From Nitrospirota bacterium (GTDB lineage Bacteria > Nitrospirota > UBA9217), in contig CAWCKW010000013.1 in the NCBI GenBank assembly GCA_963796285.1, positions 320,001 through 384,000 on the forward strand: a DNA stretch of 64,000 bases, read 5' to 3'. Within the stretch, counting starts at the first letter, position 1. Every line of letters starts with the position of its first letter. Position numbers and translations under genes: made by a program. Below, piece by piece: positions 31,887 to 44,678 of this stretch. Below the pieces are notes generated by a model that was not told where the DNA came from, did not search any database, and saw only the letters and a program-made list of their open reading frames with translations.

Positions 31887-32200
31887 ACCTGCTTAGGGTG
31901 TGGAAGAACCACGAGACTTGATTGGTAATCCGCTCCACCCAATACTATAGAGTTGTCGGGATCTTTACTGCCCGTGCCGTGAGCCACCCTGGGGCTGGCT
32001 GACAACCACATGATCTGTGATACCCGTTTTGGACACGGCAAGGAGCCGAATATTTTCTGGTCCCCGCTTCGCGGGGAAAGGGTCACGCAGAAACAACATT
32101 AGCGAAACCTTAATCCAGATGGGTGACTGGTACAGTGAAGAACTGATACCGAAACTGAATGAAACTACGGCAATGGTAAAGAAAACGATGACTGCATAAA
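31870..32200 (+). ncRNA. Predicted bridge/seek RNA of the IS1111 element (ends approximate)
   Basis: Stem TGGAGCGG/CCGCTCCA enclosing AGGGT and AGACTTGA (target-like); ATGGGTGA at 32119 repeats the element right end. Confidence 0.65.
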
Positions 32201-32451
32201 TATCGACGAGAAAATTTCATTTTCTCGCCATCGGGTGGGCTTTTACACTTGACAGTGAGCCTTCAAATGGGTGACCCTGAAGATCTTAGAAAAAGTTTGG
32301 CACTAACTGTTTGGTGCTTCACAATGAAGAGCAGATAGTCACGCCAGCTAGTAACTTTTTCGGTAAAGGTTATCGAAGCCATTAGCGTCTCTCCTGGATA
32401 GTGAAATTAATGCATGAATGATCGGCATTTTATCGCGTGTCGTTCTTGATA

Positions 32452-32517
32452 CCCAAATACCCGCAAGGGTGAGGGGCGCGGAGTTTAGCCGTATCACTCT
32501 CGAAACGATTGTTAGAT
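32452..32517 (-). other. attC-like site (degenerate right end)
   Basis: ATCTAAC immediately after HNH stop, then imperfect dyad. Confidence 0.6.
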
Positions 32518-32518
32518 T

Positions 32519-33384
32519 TCAATTTTGTGACCCAAAATGTAGTTTTCGGTGACAATTAGGGCATATCGCAATTGCGTTTTCTACGGTGTCTTCTCCTCCC
32601 TGTGAAAGCATAACCTTGTGATGCACCTCCAAATATGGAGAGCCACCTTTAGCCCGCTTGAACGGGGCTTCGTTACCACAGTCCTCGCAAAAACCGTTGG
32701 CACGTATAAGTACTGTTGCAATTACGTCTGGATTGCGTTTGAAACCTTTCGATATGGTTTGGATTACTTCGGGGATTTTAGGCGCTTGCGCGAGCCTTAG
32801 TTCCCTTGCGCTTTTGTCAGTGGCTATTGATTTCTCAACCGCCTTCTCAAGCTCAATGTTTAATTCATCCTCAATGGCTGTATGCGGTAATGCGCCGACC
32901 CATTGTGGAAGCGGCTTCACATAAGACCAGCCACCTGACGTACTACGAGGTTTAAGCGGTGCGTTGTCTGCTATTTTGATAAAGTTTGAAACTGGGATTG
33001 GATTTTCCAAGCGTTCAACATTGACCACCGATAGTAAATTGATGGAGGGCTTGCCATAGCCTCCTGTCATATAGATTTCCTTCTCATTGGGTTGATATTT
33101 TTGGATATGAGCGTTCATAAACTCTATGCGCTGTGACTCAATTTCAGATTTGTTTTCCACCCAGTGATTTCAGCCCGATATGAAACAAACGGCAATGAAG
33201 ACGTAAGCGAGATATAGAGAGTTACTTTAGACGCGGGCGTTGGCGGCGATGCGGCAAGCTTGACGATAGTTTCTGATGCATAGGGCTGAAGATAGCAGAC
33301 TAAGCCTGACTTCTTTGATTGGGCTTTTCGAATTTCTTCGAGGACTTCTTCATAGACGCCGTTGAGGTATAGTGCATATTCCAT
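32519..33384 (-). CDS. HNH endonuclease with McrA-like C-terminus (frameshift near 33160)
   Basis: MEYALY...RAEITGW joins ENKSEI...; CEDC...YLEVHH...GGEDTVENAIAICPNCHRKLH. Confidence 0.8.
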
Positions 33385-33391
33385 ATTTGAA

Positions 33392-33451
33392 CTCCAACGC
33401 GGTGGTGAGATGCGCGCCTTATGTGCGTCGGTTTCGACCTTCAAGTTAGTC
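33392..33451 (-). other. attC-like site
   Basis: GACTAAC ... GTTGGAG, 60 bp, between a stop codon and the next ATG. Confidence 0.7.
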
Positions 33452-33454
33452 TCT

Positions 33455-34582
33455 TTAAGGTTTACTCTGGTTAGCCCAGTCTGATGCTTCCGATAACGAT
33501 GATATTACTTTACAAGAAAAATCGTTGCTCAATCCTAAATGATTTTGTTGCAGCATTGTTCTAAGCGGAATTTCTGTTAGGAAAACATCGCAGTAACCTA
33601 CTGCAGCCTCTGCGTGATGGAAATCGTGCAAATCATTTCCAGTCAGCTTCCGCTTTTTATCCCAACGAATCGCGGCATGACAAAGGGCTCCAATATGCAA
33701 TGTGCGCAAGGCAAGCGCAACCTCCTTTGTTTCAATACCTTTACTGAAGCATTTTAAAAGGTGAATTTCATGCTCGCGGCTCTCGTCTTCTGTTCTTCGA
33801 ACTCGTTGGCCCGTAGCTTTCCGATTAATTTCTTCCAAAACTTCACGAGCGACAGACATAAACAGGCTTAGACCGCCGATCATTTCCGCTTTATAGCATT
33901 GCGAAAAACTTTTGATTTCATTTGCGTGTTTAGAATTGCCTTCATTCAGTTTCTGAGCAATAGCTTCGTAATCAAAGACAGGAGGTGGGGCCGCCCCAAT
34001 TACATCAAACATTTCTGAAAGTGAGTAATCCCAGACATGATCAAAAAATGCCTTTTGAATCACTCGTTCTTCATCCTCCTTGAATACCGTGTAACTTGGA
34101 TGTTGAACACCTAATATATAACTAAGCTTTAACCAAACGAGATCAGCAAGAGGATGTAATTCCCCATGGTAACAATGTGAATGGATAAAATGGGCAATTT
34201 CCGTTGCGACGCGTTCATTATGGGGTGCTAAGGTTACGCCCTCGCTCAGTTCATCAATCAGTACTGCCGTTGCTTTTCTTGTATACAGGTCTTGTTGCTT
34301 CAATAACTCCGCGAAAAGAGTATCACTTATTGGGCAAATACTTTTCTTAGATCGCACTCTCGCTCTTAATGCTTCAAGTAAAGCTACGCTCGACTGATCA
34401 TCCCTTCGCCCCAACGCGGTATCGCGAAGCATTATCCAATACCGTTTATCTAAATATACACGCTCTCGATTCATAACCGATTTGCCAAGTGCAATTCGGC
34501 GCGACCGGACGTATCCATCAGTTGTTACATTGGGATTCAGACGGTGAGTCTCGAAACTTGCTCGTATCTTTTCCCTATTCAT
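33455..34582 (-). CDS. Hypothetical cassette protein, split PIN-like motifs
   Basis: VYLDKRYW near N-terminus; NDLHDFHHAEAAVGYCDVFLTE near C-terminus. Confidence 0.65.
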   Translation of the reverse strand: MNREKIRASFETHRLNPNVTTDGYVRSRRIALGKSVMNRERVYLDKRYWIMLRDTALGRRDDQSSVALLEALRARVRSKKSICPISDTLFAELLKQQDLYTRKATAVLIDELSEGVTLAPHNERVATEIAHFIHSHCYHGELHPLADLVWLKLSYILGVQHPSYTVFKEDEERVIQKAFFDHVWDYSLSEMFDVIGAAPPPVFDYEAIAQKLNEGNSKHANEIKSFSQCYKAEMIGGLSLFMSVAREVLEEINRKATGQRVRRTEDESREHEIHLLKCFSKGIETKEVALALRTLHIGALCHAAIRWDKKRKLTGNDLHDFHHAEAAVGYCDVFLTEIPLRTMLQQNHLGLSNDFSCKVISSLSEASDWANQSKP

Positions 34583-34600
34583 GGCTTTACAGAAACCCAA

Positions 34601-34653
34601 ATTTAACGACGATAAGAAGAACCACCCCTAGGGGCTTGAACGACTTGTTATGA
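34601..34653 (-). other. attC-like site (shortened)
   Basis: TCATAAC-AAGTCGTTCAAG ... GTTAAAT. Confidence 0.6.
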
Positions 34654-34783
34654 ACCATCCTTCAATTCTGCTGGTTCTGGAACCGGCAAACCCCAAACCG
34701 CGCACACTGGTGCCAAATATGGTGGGACCAAAGTTTGGAGAAAACCCTCTAAGATAATATTTCGGGACATAATGATCGCCCAT
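34628..34783 (-). pseudogene. Deleted cassette remnant, DUF4238-like N-terminus
   Basis: MGDHYVPKYYLRGFS start; only about 130 bp between two attC-like sites. Confidence 0.55.
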
Positions 34784-34789
34784 GTTTAG

Positions 34790-34877
34790 TTCTAACTCCA
34801 CAATTAAGCCAACGCGAGAGCAGTAACAGGCGCGAGCGCGGTAGCGCGAAGCTTCCTGGTTGTCCTGATTGTTAGCC
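34790..34877 (-). other. attC-like site
   Basis: GGCTAAC containing upstream stop ... GTTAGAA, GC-rich inner dyad. Confidence 0.65.
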
Positions 34878-35531
34878 CTTTTTGAACCATTGTTTTACCA
34901 TAAAGGTGTAAGTTTTCATTGGCTCTTCAAAACATGGTTTGGTTACTCTTTCAAGCTCTTGCTGAGTAATCGCCAATTGATTCCTGATCTCGTCATTTTC
35001 GTTATATCGATCCCAGAAGATTCCTTCATGTTTACGCATTTCATCGAGGTGCTTTTGAAACTCATCGGGCTCCATTTTAACGCGACCTTGGCGCTGCCAG
35101 TAATGAGTAGAGAGCATATTCGCTGAAATAAAAATGGAATTTAAGGTTTTGTTTGTGTCATGGAAAATGTCTTCGGTTTTTGTTCCAAATACAGCCATAA
35201 ATTTGTACTTCAAAGTATTAAACCGAACAAATTTCTATTTCTTAGATTCGTAGCGTTCAAATACGATGTAACCTCTATCAAGGAGTCGTGAATCCTCTTC
35301 GGTTTCATGAGGAGCTCGCTTTCGTGTGCTTCCTTCACTCCCGCTGGACCATGGGCTTCTTATAAATGCAATCGCATCCTTAATCTCAAAGAACGTAGCT
35401 AATGTTTCCTCCGCTAACTCAATTTTCCTCTTGCCAATAAACTCTCGCTTCCATGCACCCACGCCTGAAATAATCGCCCAGCACGCAGATATGACAGCTA
35501 TCGTCTGAGCAATTGTGGCCAAATTAGTCAT
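34872..35531 (-). pseudogene. Hypothetical cassette protein with one in-frame TAG (35235-35237)
   Basis: Track ORFs 35235-35537 and 34872-35213 share a frame; N-terminal TM helix; GGAGG RBS; cassette begins GTTAGCC and ends GGCTAAC. Confidence 0.7.
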
Positions 35532-35548
35532 GCACACCTCCGTTTACG

Positions 35549-35609
35549 GGCTAACGCGCGGGGGTACCGCCGCGCTTCTCAGCGGACTGACACGACCCGC
35601 ATGTTGGAT
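35549..35609 (-). other. attC-like site
   Basis: ATCCAAC-ATGCGGG ... CCCGCGC-GTTAGCC, 61 bp. Confidence 0.72.
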
Positions 35610-35715
35610 TCAGATCATTGATTATGTGCATGCAGGTCTATGACTGAATCTTAGATTCAAGGTTCACGCTTCAGCTCATTCAGACTGCGCCCAGCAACGT
35701 GATCCGGCCAGCTCG

Positions 35716-36966
35716 TCAAACCATCATCAGTTTGACTTCCTTTACCTTCCCAATAATTTCTTTCGGGAAAAGCACTTTAAAATATTCATACATTATATTA
35801 TTAACTAGACGATGCATGTCAAGCCATCCACCGAGTTTGCCGTATTCCAACCAATTTTTGAAAATCTTCCCCTCGACTACAATATCGTACCCCAAATGAG
35901 GAGATTTTACGGCATCCATAACGGCAATATCTTGAAGCAATTTTGAGTCACCATGTAGTGTAATCCCAATTGAACAGGTGATTGGTTCAAATGAAAACGT
36001 ATGTTCATCGATAACTATTTTCTTAGGTGACATTTTATCAAACAGCTCACGACAAGTTTTTGAGACGGTGTCCAGCATTTCTAAGTAGGCTGGCAGATAG
36101 CCTGCTTGTTTAAGCGCGGAATACCGCAACTCATGGATTTCCACTGCATTATCGAGATTTCGATCCAACTTTAATGGTTGTTCGTATGGATTTAAATAAA
36201 ATCCAGCTTCGCTTTCGGAGATCTCGGTACTTTCACGCAATTTTGTCAACAATTGGAGACATTCCGCCGGGTTTGTAGCCAAAAGCACTTCTCCAATGAG
36301 TCGCTGGACTTCATCATAAGCATATAGCGCTGTTCTCAAGGAATTCTTAATCAAGTAAACTTCGTCGGCAATATAGGCATGCTCATTCGGTATTGGAAGC
36401 ATCCATATGTTATCAAGGCTACTCCTTTTAAAGTCATAATCAGGGATTAATACACTTTGAAGAAATTTTTTCCTATCAACTTCACTTCTTTTTACAAGAG
36501 CCGTTTCTATCTTATCTTGCGCAGACTCATTGGTTTTCGTTTCAAACATCTCAGAATAGGCTTTCGCTCCAACAATGTAATGCATGCTTCCATTTTTAAC
36601 GGTTACAGGGAGATGCTCTGCAATTTCGGATGACGAAAGCAAGAAACGTCGTAAATTGCTCCCTTTACTCATATGGATAATTAAAAAGAAGCCAGGCAAA
36701 GGTTCCTCGTCGAAACCAACCACGTACTCTTTTTTTATGTAATGAGTTGTGTGAGAATCTTGAGAATATTTTGACTGTACAGTCCCAATTCTTGGTGGAA
36801 GCAAATCGGTAAATTTCGCCGAAGAATTTCGAAGTTGGATTAACCAATCGCCACCGTCTATATCGACAGAGCGTTTCATTACCCAGAAACGCTCCATCAG
36901 GAATGTAGCACACATAGATTCTCCGAGTGCCGCATTTTCCGCAATTTTATTAGTTTCCTCACTCAT
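35716..36966 (-). CDS. Hypothetical protein with N-terminal PD-(D/E)xK-like (DUF4365-like) domain
   Basis: GES...RSVDIDGGDWLIQ...VQSK pattern; low GC. Confidence 0.6.
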   Translation of the reverse strand: MSEETNKIAENAALGESMCATFLMERFWVMKRSVDIDGGDWLIQLRNSSAKFTDLLPPRIGTVQSKYSQDSHTTHYIKKEYVVGFDEEPLPGFFLIIHMSKGSNLRRFLLSSSEIAEHLPVTVKNGSMHYIVGAKAYSEMFETKTNESAQDKIETALVKRSEVDRKKFLQSVLIPDYDFKRSSLDNIWMLPIPNEHAYIADEVYLIKNSLRTALYAYDEVQRLIGEVLLATNPAECLQLLTKLRESTEISESEAGFYLNPYEQPLKLDRNLDNAVEIHELRYSALKQAGYLPAYLEMLDTVSKTCRELFDKMSPKKIVIDEHTFSFEPITCSIGITLHGDSKLLQDIAVMDAVKSPHLGYDIVVEGKIFKNWLEYGKLGGWLDMHRLVNNIMYEYFKVLFPKEIIGKVKEVKLMMV

Positions 36967-36977
36967 TTATATCATCC

Positions 36978-37679
36978 TCACATGGTGACGAATAAATTAT
37001 ATCGTAAATGTCTCATAGTGATTCGTCCGATACTCTTGAGGTACGCTTTTTTTGATTTTCGATGTTTACGAAATGTTTCTTCATGTTCATCAATTCCATA
37101 GAAGAACTGAAGAATATCTTCCACTACAAAAAGCGCATGGTGAATATTAAGACTTTCCGGCGTATCAAGTTCATGTGCTGCTTTATTTCCCATCAGGCGG
37201 AAATCGTGCAAGACTTGGATGACGGAGTCTGAAAAGTATTGGCTTAAAGCCGTTATCTTCGACTCAAGGTTATTTTTGTATTTATTACGGGCTATTTTAT
37301 CAACGACAATGGCTTCAATTAAAGTGCGTAGGCCTATGGTGGAAAGAACGAGGAGATCTTTATCATAAGCGGTTACGGTTTCGTTGTATAGTGTATGGAT
37401 ATTTTTCGGGAGCTTAAAGAAATACCTTCTTTTCCTTAGATTTGATTTTCTTTCAGGAAATAACAACTTCACCGGCAAATCTTTCTCATCTTGGAATTCA
37501 AAGGGATGTTTAGTAAGGCGAAATGTTATATCCTCGCATCCGGAACACTTAAACGTATCTGCGACAAATAATTGTGGATATCCCCAGAGATCGTCATATC
37601 TCTCATGTTCATAGTGTGCAACAAGTTCGTGCAGTGTATCACCGTTACAACTGTTGCAATATAGACGATGTTTTTTCAT
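36978..37679 (-). CDS. DUF4145-domain protein with N-terminal Cys pairs
   Basis: CNSC, CSGC, LRTLIEAI, RLMGNKAAH (HEPN-like Rx4-6H). Confidence 0.75.
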   Translation of the reverse strand: MKKHRLYCNSCNGDTLHELVAHYEHERYDDLWGYPQLFVADTFKCSGCEDITFRLTKHPFEFQDEKDLPVKLLFPERKSNLRKRRYFFKLPKNIHTLYNETVTAYDKDLLVLSTIGLRTLIEAIVVDKIARNKYKNNLESKITALSQYFSDSVIQVLHDFRLMGNKAAHELDTPESLNIHHALFVVEDILQFFYGIDEHEETFRKHRKSKKAYLKSIGRITMRHLRYNLFVTM

Positions 37680-37880
37680 TTTTTTCTCTTCAACAAGATA
37701 TTATCGGTTCTAAATACAGTAGCATAGATTGCCGGAGTGGTCAATGAATTTAAGGGAAAACTTGGCGTATCCAGCTGAATTCATTAGAATTTTACCAATT
37801 GACTAATATGCAATAAATGGAATAGTCGCCAAATTAAATTAATATGCAGTTATGGAATAGCTTTTCAAGGTTGGCAACCG

Positions 37881-37943
37881 ATGGACCCTATTCCGATTGA
37901 CATTCTGAAGCAGTTTAATGCGGTTTTGGAACAGACAAACTAG
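37881..37943 (+). pseudogene. Possible N-terminal stub of an integron integrase
   Basis: MDPIPIDILKQFNAVLEQTN*, divergent from the cassette array; similarity to long IntI N-termini is from memory, unverified. Confidence 0.35.
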
Positions 37944-38190
37944 CCCTGTGTTTATCATTTTCAATATGTAATTTACAATTTCCAAGCGCTGCAACTTTTA
38001 TTGAATACCGAAGGAGCTATTGTTAAAAAACCATATCATCAAATGCACGATACCAACAGATATTTGCGCGTCCATGCCGAAAAATGCATGGGCAAAAGAA
38101 GACCATGGAATCGACCCTCAACCACAAAGTACTTTACTCCCCTTTCCCGCGGTGGTAAAATGCTCTTTCTCCCGAGGCCTCCCGAACCCT

Positions 38191-40994
<2,804 letters not shown>

Positions 40995-41049
40995 GCAAAA
41001 GCTGTCACAATAGGCACCACATTTGATGAACTCTAAAAAGTCATAATCT

Positions 41050-41160
41050 ACCGCAGAGACGTAGCCTGCTGTTGCCAAAACGCGGCCATAAACGGAGACA
41101 CGGAGAAATGCATATTGAAAATAATAAGGATATTCTCTGCGCCTCTGCGTCTCAGCGGTT
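41050..41160. repeat. Period-8 palindrome (CGCAGAGA / TCTCTGCG) carrying a 31-bp insert
   Basis: accgcagagac[41061-41091]acggagacacggagaa ... ttctctgcgcctctgcgtctcagcggt. Confidence 0.75.
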
Positions 41161-41227
41161 ATTTTGTGTGTTGTATTTTATTGAGATTTGTTTTTTGAAA
41201 TTTGACTTTTAAAACATCGGAGGTCAC

Positions 41228-41701
41228 ATGAAACGACTGTTCACCCTTCTCGCCATAACAGCACTGCTCTTCACCACATCCGCCTGCAGCGCCAAAAAAA
41301 CGCCGGACCAATCAGCCGTCAAGGGCAGGAACATCCTCGCCGTGCTGAAGACAATGCGCTCGGCATACGAGAAAAAGGACCTTTCCTCCTTCATGGACAA
41401 TGTGGCCCCCGGCTATCAAGACCGGGAAGCGTATTCCAAGTCCCTTGCCGACGTGTTCTTAAAGAACGAAACCATCCACTTCAATCTCCAGTACACCAAG
41501 ATGCACATTACGGTCGAGGAAAAGGGCGCGATCAAGGCAACGTTCAACTGGGACGGCGAGTGGATAGCCGTTGGAGGGACGACCCAGAAGAACGGCGGTC
41601 GGGTCACGCTGGTCTTTGGGCCGGGAAGCTCCAAGCTCATGTCCATCGAGGGGAAGGACCCCTTTGTGCCGCTGCCGGTGGAAATGCCGGGGAAGCAGTA
41701 A
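41228..41701 (+). CDS. Hypothetical lipoprotein (possibly NTF2-like)
   Basis: GGAGG RBS, lipobox-like TSAC. Confidence 0.75.
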   Translation: MKRLFTLLAITALLFTTSACSAKKTPDQSAVKGRNILAVLKTMRSAYEKKDLSSFMDNVAPGYQDREAYSKSLADVFLKNETIHFNLQYTKMHITVEEKGAIKATFNWDGEWIAVGGTTQKNGGRVTLVFGPGSSKLMSIEGKDPFVPLPVEMPGKQ

Positions 41702-41702
41702 G

Positions 41703-41800
41703 CGCGCATAGTGCAGAGCGCATAGAGCTTATGGCATAGCGCATAGGGTTCTGTCTTTGCTCTCTGCTCTTAGCTCTTAGCTCTTTGCTCCTTGCCCCAT
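41703..41800. repeat. Intergenic period-7 inverted repeat (GCGCATA / TTTGCTC type)
   Basis: gcgcata gtgcaga gcgcata ... tttgctc tctgctc ttagctc ttagctc tttgctc. Confidence 0.8.
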
Positions 41801-41815
41801 GCAAGATAAGACCTT

Positions 41816-43394
41816 ATGCCCTTCACTGAAGAACATATAACAACCGACTTCCTCATCATCGGCGGGGGCGTGGCCGGTCTCCGCGCCGCGATCGAGCTGG
41901 CGCAGAACGGCGAGGTCCTCGTGGTGACGAAGGACGCGCCTACCGAGAGCAGCAGCGAATACGCGCAGGGCGGCGTTGCCGTGGCGCTCTCGGACGAGGA
42001 CGAGATCTCGATCCACTTCGAGGACACCATCCGGGCCGGCGACGGGCTCTGCCTGCGACAAGGCCGTGGGCACGCTCGTTGAAGAAGGCCCCACGCGGAT
42101 ACGGGAACTCATCCTCTGGGGCGCGGAATTCGACAAAGAAGGCACGAAGCTCGCCTTCACGCAGGAAGCTGCCCACACCAAGCGCCGCATCCTGCATGCC
42201 CAGGGAGACTCGACGGGCAAGGAGATCATGCGCGTGCTGATCGACAAGGTCCGCTCCGCCGGCACCGTGTCCAAGATCGACTTCGCCTTCACCCGGGACC
42301 TGATCATCGAGAACAACCGCTGCATCGGGGCCGTGGTCTGCCAACAGTCATTACGCAAGGTCCTCATCATTTCCGCGCGCGCGGTGGTGCTCGCCACCGG
42401 CGGAGCGGGCCAGTTGTTTGAACGTACCACGAACCCCGCGGTCGCCACCGGCGACGGCATGGCCATGGCCTTTCGCGCAAATGCAGCGCTCGTGGACATG
42501 GAGTTCGTTCAATTTCACCCCACCGCCCTGTTTCGCCCTGGCGCGCCGCAGTTCCTGCTGTCCGAGGCCATGCGCGGTGAGGGCGGCATGCTGAAAAACA
42601 TCCACGGCCGGCGCTTCATGGACCGCTACGATCCCGCCCGCGAGCTCGCGCCGCGCGACGTGGTCACCCGCGCCATTCACGCCGAGATGGCCGCCACAAA
42701 GTCCAGCAATGTTTTTCTCGACATGACGCATTTGACCGCCGAGTACGTGACCCAGCGTTTTCCCCGTATTTACCGGACCTGCAAGGACCTCGGCATCGAC
42801 ATCACGAAGGAGCCGATCCCGGTTTCGCCCGCAGCCCACTACATCATGGGCGGGGTGAAGACGAACCTCTGGGGCGCCACGAATGTTCCCGGGCTCTTTG
42901 CCGCAGGCGAGACCGCCTGTACCGGCGTGCATGGAGCAAACCGTCTCGCGAGCAATTCGTTGCTTGAGGGACTGGTCTACGGACAACGTGCGGGGCTTGG
43001 CGCCGCGCGGTATGCGCGGAAACACTTCAACCGGCAGGCCGGCGTGCAGCATGTTCCTGTTCACGGAACGCGCGGCCTGTCCCCGCGTTCCGACAGGTTG
43101 CCGGACCCGTCAGAGCTCCGTTCTGCGCTCAAGAGACTCATGTGGGCGCAGGTTGGCATTGTCCGCGAAAAAAAAGGTCTGGCCTCCGCGCTCAAGCAGC
43201 TCAATAAATGGGACCGGAATATGAAAGGGCTTGCACCTGATCGGGACGTCTTCGAGATCAGGAACATGATCACGACGGCCCAACTCATCACCCGGTCGGC
43301 ATTGCAACGGGAGGGCAGCGTGGGCGCGCACTTCAGAATGGATTTTCCGACAAAAGGGAAGAACTGGAGAAAGAGGACGGTGATAAAGCGATAG
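41816..43394 (+). CDS. nadB: L-aspartate oxidase (frameshift near 42055)
   Basis: GGGVAG, SEYAQGG, RRILHA, VQFHPT, SEAMRGEG, GVHGANRLASNSLLE. Confidence 0.93.
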
Positions 43395-43451
43395 TCGCTC
43401 GTTCCGTTTTACTAAGAAACAATTTTTTTCTACGCAAATGGCCCGAAGTTT

Positions 43452-43523
43452 AACCGCGGAGACGCAGAGACGCAGAGAAAATTCTTATTTTGATCACTAA
43501 GCATTTCTCCGCGTCTCCGCGGT
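43452..43523. repeat. Period-8 palindrome (CGCAGAGA type)
   Basis: accgcggagacgcagagacgcagagaaa ... tttctccgcgtctccgcggt between convergent genes. Confidence 0.75.
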
Positions 43524-43551
43524 AGATCATGACTTTTTACGAAACCCCGCA

Positions 43552-44109
43552 TCACCACGGCGAAGGGTACAAACGGGGGCCGGGGTAGTACCAGTCCCAG
43601 GGGTCGTACAGGAACGGCGAACGATAATAGAAGGGATCATAATAAGGGTAGTTGTAAGGGTCCCTCCGCCCTTCCCAGAGATAGATATCCCTGATCTCGA
43701 ACACCGGATAGACATAGTCCATCTCATCGATCTTGCCCGTGCGCGCCTCCACAAACTCTCCCGCGAGCGTGACCTCCCTTCCCTTCCTATATACCATCGG
43801 GTCGAGAATTCCCTTATCTCTCGGATACAAAGCAAGGAACCTGCCTTGCGTACGCCCTGCTTCCTGGAGGTAGCCAAGCGAATCCACGGGCACGCTGAGC
43901 GCTTCGATCTGCGAACCCTTCTCAAGCAAACGGGTATTCACGATCAAGCCGCCAAGGATAAAGAGCTTTCCCTTGAAGACATCGGGGGCTTCCCTCAGCT
44001 GGTTAAAGGGCACATCGCGCATGCCCTGTTCCATGACCTCGCGGTTCAGCACCGGCGTACAGGCGGAAAAAGCCATAAGAACGGCACAGATGAGGCAGAT
44101 CCTTTTCAT
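43552..44109 (-). CDS. Slp-family outer-membrane lipoprotein
   Basis: Lipobox FSAC; LGGLIV, GRFLA, LDPMVYRKGREVTLAG, YVYP; Tyr/Pro-rich tail. Confidence 0.85.
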   Translation of the reverse strand: MKRICLICAVLMAFSACTPVLNREVMEQGMRDVPFNQLREAPDVFKGKLFILGGLIVNTRLLEKGSQIEALSVPVDSLGYLQEAGRTQGRFLALYPRDKGILDPMVYRKGREVTLAGEFVEARTGKIDEMDYVYPVFEIRDIYLWEGRRDPYNYPYYDPFYYRSPFLYDPWDWYYPGPRLYPSPW

Positions 44110-44414
44110 GGTAAATTATCCCATGCGGAAGCCGGACCTGTCAACCCCGTTGCTGCAGAAACTCATTGGAATAATGCCGATCCAACCGCATTCATGCACT
44201 ATCGGATGAACTTTTCATGAACCACGCAGGAGTCCGCGAAAAGTGAGTTTCCACAAAGCCCCTTGAAGGGCAATTCCAGCCTGAGTTGGCGCGACAAAAC
44301 GATGTGATCTCCGTCGAGCATATGCAACAACGGGGTCAAGCAACGCCCTTCATTTTTAATTGCTTACCCGCGCTGTGCCATGTTATACTTACAATAATTA
44401 CAGCGGGAGGCCCT

Positions 44415-44678
44415 ATGCCGTCGAAGAAATCTCGGATAAAGCTTTACACCCTCAGCACCTGCTCGCACTGCATGCGCACCAAGCGCTTCTTCAAGGAAAT
44501 AGGGATCGACCCGGAGACCATTGATGTGGACCTTCTGACCGGAGAAGAACGGGAGCGCATCATGAATGAAGTTCGAAAACTGAACCCCGACTGCACCTTT
44601 CCTACAATCTGCATAGACGATGACGTGATCGTCGGGTTTAACGAGGAAAAGCTGAGAAAGGCATTGGGCATCACATGA
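44415..44678 (+). CDS. Glutaredoxin/NrdH-like redoxin
   Basis: CSHC, TFPTI, IVGFN; GGAGG RBS. Confidence 0.88.
   Translation: MPSKKSRIKLYTLSTCSHCMRTKRFFKEIGIDPETIDVDLLTGEERERIMNEVRKLNPDCTFPTICIDDDVIVGFNEEKLRKALGIT

Larger units (their letters stand above)
30746..32271 (+). mobile_element. IS110-family, IS1111-group insertion sequence
   Basis: Subterminal IRs ATATGAAGGC (30754) / GCCTTCAAAT (ends 32268), TGA at both junctions, TTGACA near right end and GATAAT at left end, long 3' non-coding region. Confidence 0.88.

Noticed and set aside
30682-32382. Short ORF (about 56 codons) restored by removing the IS
   Set aside because: Open across the rebuilt junction but no recognisable domain; may be a cassette remnant or chance.
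35235-35237. In-frame TAG as pyrrolysine or readthrough
   Set aside because: No pyl genes or methyltransferase context; other genes here use TAG as stop; nonsense mutation or base error is simpler.
37950-38190. LexA box upstream of uvrA and the N-terminally extended uvrA ORF from 38020
   Set aside because: No convincing palindrome; UvrA similarity begins at the ATG at 38191.
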